Shown piece after piece: positions 57,492 to 64,000 of a stretch of 64,000 nt of DNA (its first letter is position 1; every line of letters begins with the position of its first letter). The translations under genes and the position numbers were made by a program. Location of the stretch: contig DATAFJ010000137.1 in the NCBI GenBank assembly GCA_036257535.1, forward strand, positions 3,540 through 67,539. Direction: 5' to 3'. Source of the stretch: Vicinamibacterales bacterium. GTDB lineage: Bacteria; Acidobacteriota; Vicinamibacteria; Vicinamibacterales; 2-12-FULL-66-21. The notes under the pieces are model-generated. The model was not told the origin of the DNA. It searched no databases and saw only the letters and a program-made list of their open reading frames with translations.

Positions 57492-58764
57492 CGCGCCGCC
57501 GCGCTTTCAGATAGACCTCGATCGAGTCCGGCCTTGGATTCGCGAACGACAGGCGGATTCGTCCATCCTCTTCCTGCGTCACGACCGCGGGCATGGCGCT
57601 CGCGGTCAGATACCAGCCTTCCGGGAGCACGACGTCGTTTAGCGGGCGGCCGAACGTTCGATGCCACACGAGCTCGTCACCGATCGTTGCGTAGCGGCCG
57701 GGATCGACGTAGGTCTCCTCGATTCGCATACGGACCGACTGCCCCTTCTTGACGGCCGGGAATCGAATGACGACCGCCTCGCTGTCCGCCTGCACCGGTT
57801 CGCCGATGTCGATCTTTGCCTTCGTAATGGCGTCGCCTTTGAGCGTCTCGACCTGCAGCTTCTCGCCGGTGTCGAGAACCGTCGCCGACGGGTTCGTCAC
57901 GGTGCTTCCACGCCGCACCACGTTGACGTAGCGATCGATGCCTTCGCGCGTCTCGGTGTAGTCGTGGTAAAGCCGGAACGCGTGTGTCTCCGGCTGCTGC
58001 AGGAAGTACACGATTTCGCGATCCTGGAAGGCACGCTCCGGCGGCGTGACGCTCCTCAATGGTTGTGCGCGGGGTTCGGGGTCTGCGGTGGCCGCCGGGC
58101 TCGGCGTCGCCGGCTTCGCCTGGGTGGTCGACAGAGCCGCGCGCTGAACCCGCTTCGCGCGCAGCGTGAGCGCGGCGGCTGATGGATAGGTGTTGAAGAA
58201 GCTGATGAGAACACGACCGTCCGCCTCTTCGATCACCTGTGACGGAACGCTGCAGCCGACGAGCTCGTGTCCCGCGGGCAGCACCACGCTGTTGCGGGGG
58301 ATGCCGAGCGAGCGCGTGAATACGACGGCATCTCCTTCGGTGAAATACGACTTTGGATCCTTGTAGGTCTTGAGGATCCGGATGCGTGCGCCTCCTCCGT
58401 CGGGTACCGGCCGGGCGAGGTGGACCTTGATGTACCGCGTGTCGGTGTCCGCCCTCGCGAAACCCTGCTCCCTCGCGCTGGCGCCGGAGACCTCTTCGAA
58501 CTTCAGCGGGGCGCCGGTCATCAGATCGACGACCGACTCGTCGCTCGCTTCGCTGCCGGGCCGAATCGGGTTGAAGAAGAATCGTGCTCCGGGTGTCGAT
58601 GCGGTGACGTCGTAGATGATTCGGAAGCTGGCGGTGGCAGGATCGAGGAGCTCGTATCGCGTGTACGCGTCTTCGCTGGCGTTCTGGGCAACGGCCCCGG
58701 ACGCGTGCAACGCGAGAACAACAGCGGCCACGCCCGACCGGAAGGTCGGGCTAACTCTTTTCAT
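57472..58764 (-). CDS. Hypothetical secreted protein built from two homologous ~190-aa halves
   Basis: Signal peptide MKRVSPTFRSGVAAVVLALHASGAVAQ. The halves align, for example IRILKTYKDPKSYFTEGDAVVFTRSLGIPRNSVVLPAGHEL with MRIEETYVDPGRYATIGDELVWHRTFGRPLNDVVLPEGWYL. No family recognised. Confidence 0.6.
   Translation of the reverse strand: MKRVSPTFRSGVAAVVLALHASGAVAQNASEDAYTRYELLDPATASFRIIYDVTASTPGARFFFNPIRPGSEASDESVVDLMTGAPLKFEEVSGASAREQGFARADTDTRYIKVHLARPVPDGGGARIRILKTYKDPKSYFTEGDAVVFTRSLGIPRNSVVLPAGHELVGCSVPSQVIEEADGRVLISFFNTYPSAAALTLRAKRVQRAALSTTQAKPATPSPAATADPEPRAQPLRSVTPPERAFQDREIVYFLQQPETHAFRLYHDYTETREGIDRYVNVVRRGSTVTNPSATVLDTGEKLQVETLKGDAITKAKIDIGEPVQADSEAVVIRFPAVKKGQSVRMRIEETYVDPGRYATIGDELVWHRTFGRPLNDVVLPEGWYLTASAMPAVVTQEEDGRIRLSFANPRPDSIEVYLKARRRATRGSH
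58732..58751. repeat. REP-like hairpin GCCCGACC-GGAA-GGTCGGGC (copy H3) inside codons 5-11 of a CDS
   Basis: A perfect 8-bp stem. It is translated on the minus strand as SPTFRSG in the signal-peptide n-region. Confidence 0.85.
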
Positions 58765-59318
58765 TGATTGCCTCCCTTCCGCGTGAAGACAGCACCCGCG
58801 CCAAACCATGCTTCGAGATCGGGCTGCCGCAGCCACTTCCGCAGCGCGGGAGTTGACGCGGTGATAACGGCATTCTGTTTCTGATCGACCGTGGCTGGAA
58901 GTCCGGCGAGCCCTCCCTCCTTCGCGGCGGTAGCAAACCTGTCGTAGTCGAGCGCCTGGACCGTGATCCGGTCAGGTCCGCGCTGAATTCGGAGCAGGGC
59001 GTGGATGGGAAGGAGAAACGAGCCGTAGTCCTGGCCGCGAACCGGGCTCAAATCGAGAAAAAAGGCGTCGCCGACGGAGGTGAGATACCCGGTCAGGACA
59101 CCTTTCTCGATCGAGTGCTCGTACGTGATCCGATACGAACGCCACTCGCCCTGCTCGATCGTCACGGTGACCCGGTCTTCGCTGTCGTACCACGTTCCTA
59201 CGAGCGCCGGATCCCACGTCAAGCCGGCATCGTCATATGCCGGATGCAGCGCGAGGACGAGGCAGCCCGATGAAGCGAGCGCGGCGGCGAGCGCAACGGC
59301 CACAATCAGTACCTTCAC
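58761..59318 (-). CDS. Hypothetical lipoprotein
   Basis: The GTG 59318 overlaps the MFS TGA (GTGA). MKVLIVAVALAAALASSGC is a lipobox signal. The tracked 520-aa ORF upstream part lies over the MFS gene in another frame. Confidence 0.6.
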   Translation of the reverse strand: MKVLIVAVALAAALASSGCLVLALHPAYDDAGLTWDPALVGTWYDSEDRVTVTIEQGEWRSYRITYEHSIEKGVLTGYLTSVGDAFFLDLSPVRGQDYGSFLLPIHALLRIQRGPDRITVQALDYDRFATAAKEGGLAGLPATVDQKQNAVITASTPALRKWLRQPDLEAWFGAGAVFTRKGGNQ

Positions 59319-60529
59319 GCGAGAGCCCGTCCCTTTGTTTCCGGAATCCAGATCCACAGCAGCGCGGCGACCAGGAACGCGGTCGACGTGATCGAGAAGG
59401 CGACGCCCAGGCCTCGGCTCGCGGCCAGCGCGCCGACGATGAACGGCGACAGGGCGCTGAGGCCACGGCCGAGATTGTAGGTCAGGCCCTGAGCGGTGGC
59501 GCGAATGGACGTGGGAAAGATCTCGGCGCTGACGGCACCGAACCCGCTGAAGTACCCGGTGCCGAAGAACGCCACGAGCGGACCGAGAATCAGGAGCGCG
59601 GCGGGATCTCTCGTCGCGCCGTAGATCGGCACCAGGACGGCAGCCGTCAACAGGTACGCGACATAGGTCCGGCGGCGGCCGATCGCGTCGGCGATGAAGC
59701 CGTAGGTGACGTAGCCGAACCACATGCCGACCTGCATGAGGATGATCCACGTGGACGTCCGCATGATCGAGAGGCCGGCCCCGCCTTCGCTGACGGGGCG
59801 GCCCAGATACGACGGTATCCAGGTGAAGAGACCCCACCACGCGAACATTGTTGCAGCGTTCATCGCGGCCACCAGCCACGTCAGCCGGCCGAGCTCGCCG
59901 CGCATCAGCGCCCGGAGGGGGACACGGGTGGGCGCGGCCTGCGACGTGCGCCAGAGAGCGGGCTCCGCGACCGACGTGCGGATCCAGATCGTTGCCAGGG
60001 CGGGCAGAATGCCCGCGAAGAACACCGCGCGCCATCCCCACCTCGGCAGCACGACCGCCGTGATGAGCGCCGCCGCTGCATACCCGACCGCCCACGCGCT
60101 CTGCATGAACCCGAGCGCCTTGCCGCGATGCTGGCCCGGCCACGTTTCGGCGACGAGCGCGGCGCCGATCGCCCACTCGCCGCCGAACCCGAAGCCGAGA
60201 AGCGCTCGAAAGAGGCCGAGCTGAAAGACCGTCTGGGAGAGACCGCACGCCGCGGTGCATGCAGAGTACCAAAGTATCGACGCCATCAGCGCCCGGGTGC
60301 GCCCGATGCGGTCCGCCATCCAACCGAAGAGCAGACCGCCGGGCGCTGACGTCGCGAGTGGAAGCGCGATGAGAATTCCGCTCGTACGATCGTCGAGGCC
60401 GAACTCACGGCGGACGTCGTTCAAGACGAGCGAGTACATCAGCACGTCCATCGCGTCGAGCATCCACCCGAGCGCCGCGGCCACCAGGGCGCGCCGCGCC
60501 TCGGGCGTCGCCGACCGCCACCAGTTCAT
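59315..60529 (-). CDS. MFS transporter
   Basis: 12 predicted helices and a GWMADRIGRTR loop motif (G-x3-D-R-x-G-R-R/K-like). Confidence 0.85.
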   Translation of the reverse strand: MNWWRSATPEARRALVAAALGWMLDAMDVLMYSLVLNDVRREFGLDDRTSGILIALPLATSAPGGLLFGWMADRIGRTRALMASILWYSACTAACGLSQTVFQLGLFRALLGFGFGGEWAIGAALVAETWPGQHRGKALGFMQSAWAVGYAAAALITAVVLPRWGWRAVFFAGILPALATIWIRTSVAEPALWRTSQAAPTRVPLRALMRGELGRLTWLVAAMNAATMFAWWGLFTWIPSYLGRPVSEGGAGLSIMRTSTWIILMQVGMWFGYVTYGFIADAIGRRRTYVAYLLTAAVLVPIYGATRDPAALLILGPLVAFFGTGYFSGFGAVSAEIFPTSIRATAQGLTYNLGRGLSALSPFIVGALAASRGLGVAFSITSTAFLVAALLWIWIPETKGRALA

Positions 60530-61314
60530 CTCGGTTCGCCCGACGACTGCCGCAGGTTCTGGCCGATCGGCTGCACTGACACCCCGGCGCGCGCGAGGCC
60601 CGATCGAAGTTTCCTGACGAGGCCGGCCGCGCCAGGCGTGTCGCCGTGAACGCAGACGGTCTCCGCATGAAGGGGCACGACGGTCCCGTCGGACGCGACG
60701 ACGGTGCCGTCGCGCGCCATGCGGAGAACGCGTTCGACGACGAACCCGGGGTCGTTGACGATCGCATGAGGCAGCCGGCGGGACGTCAGCGAGCCGTCGG
60801 GCTCGTACGAGCGATCGGCAAACGCCTCGGCCGCGACACGAAGACCAGCGTCCCGCCCGGCGTCGAGCAGCGCGGAGTTCGGAAGGCCGAAGAGAATGAG
60901 CGACCGGTCGAAGGCTGCCGTCGCGCGCGCGATCGCATCGGCCAGCGGCCGGGCTTTCGCCGCCATGTTGTAAAGGGCGCCATGCGCCTTCACGTGCTGA
61001 AGACGGACGCCTTCAGCGGCGGCCACTCCTGCAATCGCGGCTATCTGATACAGGACCAGGTCTTCGACTTCGCCGGGCGATGCCGCCATGTCCCGCCGGC
61101 CGAAGCCGACCAGATCCTGAAATCCCGGATGCGCGCCGACGGCGACGCCGCGCTCGCGCGCGAGCCTGATCGTGTTGCGCATCACGGAAGGATCGCCCGC
61201 GTGAAAACCGCACGCGACGTTTGCGGACGTGATGCTCGCCATCACCTCGTCGTCTGATCCCATCTTCCAGGGGCCGAACGACTCGCCGAGGTCGCAGTTC
61301 AGATCGATTCGCAT
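60526..61314 (-). CDS. pxpA: 5-oxoprolinase subunit A (LamB/YcsF family) PxpA
   Basis: IDLNCDLGE..G......D.........ANVACGFHAGDP and KAHGALYN. No pxpB/pxpC is adjacent. Confidence 0.9.
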   Translation of the reverse strand: MRIDLNCDLGESFGPWKMGSDDEVMASITSANVACGFHAGDPSVMRNTIRLARERGVAVGAHPGFQDLVGFGRRDMAASPGEVEDLVLYQIAAIAGVAAAEGVRLQHVKAHGALYNMAAKARPLADAIARATAAFDRSLILFGLPNSALLDAGRDAGLRVAAEAFADRSYEPDGSLTSRRLPHAIVNDPGFVVERVLRMARDGTVVASDGTVVPLHAETVCVHGDTPGAAGLVRKLRSGLARAGVSVQPIGQNLRQSSGEPR

Positions 61315-61318
61315 CGGG

Positions 61319-62833
61319 TCACATCGTCAAGACCGCCGCGATCGTCACGATCCCCTCGAACAGGTTGCCGAGCCTCAGGTTTTCGTTGTCCTCGTGCTGG
61401 TTGTTGTCAAAGTTGACGATCGGCACGAGGACGGCCGGGAAGCCGACCGCCTCGATGAACGGCGCGATCGGGACGGTGCCACCGAGTGTGCGGATCTGCA
61501 CCGGCGGGGCGCCATAGGTGCGCTCGAGCGCCGATACGAGCGCGCGGACTTGCGGATCGTCGCCGGCAGTTCGGAACGCATTGGTACCATCGCGCGCTGT
61601 CAGACGCGCAATCCTGGCATGCTTCGCGCGAACGCCGTCGTCCGGGTCGGCGTCCACGAGGAGATAACCCTGCCGGCGGATGTGTGAGCGGATCTTCTCC
61701 ACCATCGCGGCGACGCGCGTTTCCTTGACCAGGCGCACGTCGATCCCGGCCGTCGCGCTATCCGGGATGATCGTTCGTGCTCCGGCGCCGACGTGAGCGC
61801 TGACAAGGCCGCGAATGTTCAGCGTCGGCGTCTGAAAGGCTTCCTGCAGCGAACGGCCAGGCGCTTCAGGCGCCGACACGCCGAACACGCGGAGCATCCG
61901 CTCGGAGTCGTCCGGCACGTCTCGAACGATCTTTTCCTCGGCGGGCGTCAGCGGCGCGATGCCATCGTGGAACCCGTCGACCAGCACGCGGCCATCCGCA
62001 TCCTTCATCGTCGCGAGCAGGTGAACGAGACGCCAGGCCGGGTTCGGGATCCAGTTGCCGTAGTTGCCGCTGTGAACTCCGGATTTCGGCCCGTACACCG
62101 TCAGGTCCATCGTGACGATGCCGCGTGCGCCGAGCGCGACGGTGGGCCGTCCGCTCGAGTGAATAGGGCCGTCGAGGATGACCATGAAGTCGGCGGTGAG
62201 CTTGTCGCGGTACCTGGCAATTGCTGGAGCCAGGCTGCGAGAGCCTGCCTCTTCTTCGCCGTCGAGGATGACGCGCACGTTCGCCGTTGGTGCGCGCCCC
62301 GCGGCCTTCAGCGCATCGAGCGCGGCGCAGAGCCCCACGATCGGTGCCTTGTCGTCCGATGCCGAGCGGGCGTAGAGCCGCCACTCGTGGTCGAAGCCCG
62401 TGAGGCCCCCGATCGATCCGAGCTCGCGGCCGCCGGCGTCCATCCGACGCTCGCGCAACACGGGCGTGAACGGGCTGGCCTGCTTCCAGCTTTTGGGGTC
62501 CACTGGCTGACCGTCGTAGTGCGCGTAGATCAGCAGGGTTCGCGAGGCGCCGGGCGTCTTCAGCTCGCCGTAGACGAGAGGATTCCCGTCGGTTTCCAGG
62601 AGCTCAGCGGCAAACCCGCGGCGCGCGAGCATGGAGCGCAGGTGATCCGCGTTCTTCCGGATATTGCCCTTGTCGGCGGCGACGTTTGGGATGGAAAGGA
62701 GCTCCACGAGCTCGGCGACGATCGCCTTCCGGTTGGCGTCAACGTAGCGCCGGACGTCCGGCCGCAAGCCGGACTGAGCGGTCAGAACCGTGGAAAGGAT
62801 GGCCGTGGCGAGAATCCCGAGCACGACTCTCAT
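61319..62833 (-). CDS. Secreted M20-family dipeptidase-like metallopeptidase
   Basis: Signal peptide, LL.IPNV, L.YAHYDGQPV, SDDK, DGEEE.GS, and a length (504 aa) typical of M20 dipeptidases. Confidence 0.8.
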   Translation of the reverse strand: MRVVLGILATAILSTVLTAQSGLRPDVRRYVDANRKAIVAELVELLSIPNVAADKGNIRKNADHLRSMLARRGFAAELLETDGNPLVYGELKTPGASRTLLIYAHYDGQPVDPKSWKQASPFTPVLRERRMDAGGRELGSIGGLTGFDHEWRLYARSASDDKAPIVGLCAALDALKAAGRAPTANVRVILDGEEEAGSRSLAPAIARYRDKLTADFMVILDGPIHSSGRPTVALGARGIVTMDLTVYGPKSGVHSGNYGNWIPNPAWRLVHLLATMKDADGRVLVDGFHDGIAPLTPAEEKIVRDVPDDSERMLRVFGVSAPEAPGRSLQEAFQTPTLNIRGLVSAHVGAGARTIIPDSATAGIDVRLVKETRVAAMVEKIRSHIRRQGYLLVDADPDDGVRAKHARIARLTARDGTNAFRTAGDDPQVRALVSALERTYGAPPVQIRTLGGTVPIAPFIEAVGFPAVLVPIVNFDNNQHEDNENLRLGNLFEGIVTIAAVLTM

Positions 62834-62955
62834 AACGGCGGGGATTATGCCGCAGAGAGAGGCCTGGCGCGCTAGGAGTCAGGGGACGCAGGGTCCACCG
62901 CCGAGCGAACGAGCGCAGCGAGCGTGTGAGGGGTCTGGGGACGCAGCCCCAGACC

Positions 62956-62993
62956 AAAAAAAAGAAAGGGGCATCGCGTCATTGCGATGCCCC
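62956..62993 (-). terminator. Rho-independent terminator for the DGQHR gene transcript
   Basis: The minus strand has GGGGCATCGC-aatgac-GCGATGCCCC (a 10-bp stem) followed by TTTCTTTTTTTT. Confidence 0.7.
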
Positions 62994-63181
62994 CGGTCTC
63001 GCAGGCGACCCGGCTCCCCAGCAACTCACGGCTCCCTGCCGTAAATATTCAGGCCGCCAGCGACCCGTGATTACGCAACCGGCATGCCCGCAAAAACACA
63101 CGAAAAACAGGGAGTTCTAAAGGTTGGCGGCGATTTCGATGATCGTTCTTGATCGCAGTCTTACAGTTTTGTACGCGTGCG

Positions 63182-64000
63182 CTAAACGGCCGCGCCCTCC
63201 GGATATTGGAGCGCGAGCCGCAGCTCCTTCGCGAGCGAGTCCACCGTCGTCCCGGCACGCTTCCACGCCCCCTCCGTTTCGAACCGCAGGTCGCCGATTC
63301 GCCGACCCCAGGGGGCGATGACCCGTCCGATGGCCCGGAAGTCGCTCCGGTCCACATGCTCCTGATCGAGGCGGCGCGCCACGTCCGGGGCGACACGAAT
63401 GAAGGCCCTGAGCGCCGTGGCGCTCTTGATGGAGTACTTGCGGCCGTTCCAGGCCGCGCCGAAGACCTGAGCGATCTGCTTGAAATAGTTGACGAAGAAC
63501 TTCCTCCCCTCTTCGCGGAGGCTCTCGGTCTTCCGCCCGGAACCGAACGCCTCGGTCGCGAACAGCTTCTTCAACTCCTGCGCGAGCGGCGCCTGGGCGA
63601 CGCGGCCTCCGCCAACTCCAAGCAGCTTGATCTCGCCCGCGAGCGGGGAGTCGTCGCGATCGTTCAGGGCCCGGACGATGTCGTGGGCGGCGGCGAGGTT
63701 ATCGTCGCGATAGAGCTGACGGCCCGACAGCGAGACGAGGTGTGACGCGTTCAACCGCGTGTGCTTTGCGTTGATCGTCACAAACATCTGAACGACATGA
63801 TCTTCGGGCAAACGGTCGAAAATCACGGCCGGCACGCTGAACTTCTCGCCTCCGAAGCGATCGATGTCGGCATGGAGCGCCAGCAGGCGGTGCTGGCCGT
63901 CGATGGCGCGCAGGACGCCTTCCCGCTCGGGGACCTTCAGGGTGCCGACGTCTGAGTTGTCCTCGGCCGGCTCGAACTTGAGCGGCTCGTCGCAGGAAAT
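63182..64000 (-). CDS. DGQHR domain-containing protein (DndB-like), 5' end outside window
   Basis: The frame stays open to nt 64000. The translation contains ...GVLRAIDGQHRLLALHA... and QMFVTINAKHTRL, the hallmark DGQHR and FxxxN motifs. The tracked ORF starts at an internal GTG (63835). Confidence 0.8.
   Translation of the reverse strand: MSCDEPLKFEPAEDNSDVGTLKVPEREGVLRAIDGQHRLLALHADIDRFGGEKFSVPAVIFDRLPEDHVVQMFVTINAKHTRLNASHLVSLSGRQLYRDDNLAAAHDIVRALNDRDDSPLAGEIKLLGVGGGRVAQAPLAQELKKLFATEAFGSGRKTESLREEGRKFFVNYFKQIAQVFGAAWNGRKYSIKSATALRAFIRVAPDVARRLDQEHVDRSDFRAIGRVIAPWGRRIGDLRFETEGAWKRAGTTVDSLAKELRLALQYPEGAAV

Noticed and set aside
59319-60323. Upstream two-thirds of the 520-aa ORF 58761..60323
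   Set aside because: It overlaps the MFS transporter gene out of frame. Only the last 185 codons, which carry a lipobox signal after GTG 59318, look like a real protein.
62932-62963. Hairpin GGTCTGGGG-acgcag-CCCCAGACC followed by A8 as a plus-strand terminator
   Set aside because: On the plus strand it is followed by an A-run rather than a U-run, and no plus-strand gene ends upstream. The A-run serves as the U-tract of the adjacent minus-strand terminator.

Overview
High-GC (roughly two-thirds G+C by eye) bacterial chromosomal segment with about 66 protein-coding genes. There is no rRNA, tRNA, CRISPR array, transposase or integrase. Gene content suggests an Acidobacteriota-like organism (inference only): a PadR regulator with an ADOP-type MacB-like permease, a TonB receptor with a CarboxypepD_reg domain, scattered futalosine-pathway menaquinone genes, and SUF-type Fe-S assembly. 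All protein calls come from motif recognition by eye; no searches were run.

Most of the window is housekeeping:
- moaB-moeA, then PadR with the ADOP permease.
- sod, nadA, and mqn genes.
- A cobalamin riboswitch driving a btuB/btuFCD-like uptake operon.
- A complete Rrf2-iscA-sufBCDSUT-nifS operon.
- rmuC, an aminotransferase with hom, and a CoA-transferase.
- A tightly packed metal operon (multicopper oxidase, ZIP, cupredoxin, ubiE/menG, hypothetical, degenerate PilT-like, hypothetical) with a divergent DtxR-family gene.
- queD/queC, nagA, and a deoxyhypusine-synthase-like gene.
- A sigma-54 module (PH-like membrane protein, activator, -24/-12 promoter, S8 protease, HD-GYP/GAF/GGDEF protein).
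- fabI, a formamidase, an S41 protease envelope cluster, an MFS transporter, pxpA and an M20 peptidase.
- A partial DGQHR (DndB-like) gene at the right edge.

Many adjacent genes share 1- or 4-nt start/stop overlaps (ATGA, GTGA, TAATG).

Most noteworthy observations:
1. An unannotated glutaredoxin-like gene has an in-frame TGA exactly at the first Cys of the CxxC motif, with a downstream hairpin. It is a selenoprotein candidate.
2. Seven arrays of 7-nt tandem repeats fill short intergenic spacers, and several run right up to start codons.
3. REP-like hairpins and perfect palindromes sit inside coding sequences, where they donate stop codons, tails or loops.
4. A DtxR regulator ORF runs without a stop codon into a beta-barrel protein that carries its own signal peptide.
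5. The homoserine dehydrogenase Rossmann motif lies upstream of any ATG/GTG/TTG.
6. A PilT paralog lacking ATPase motifs, with a 24-nt coding repeat, is embedded in the metal operon.
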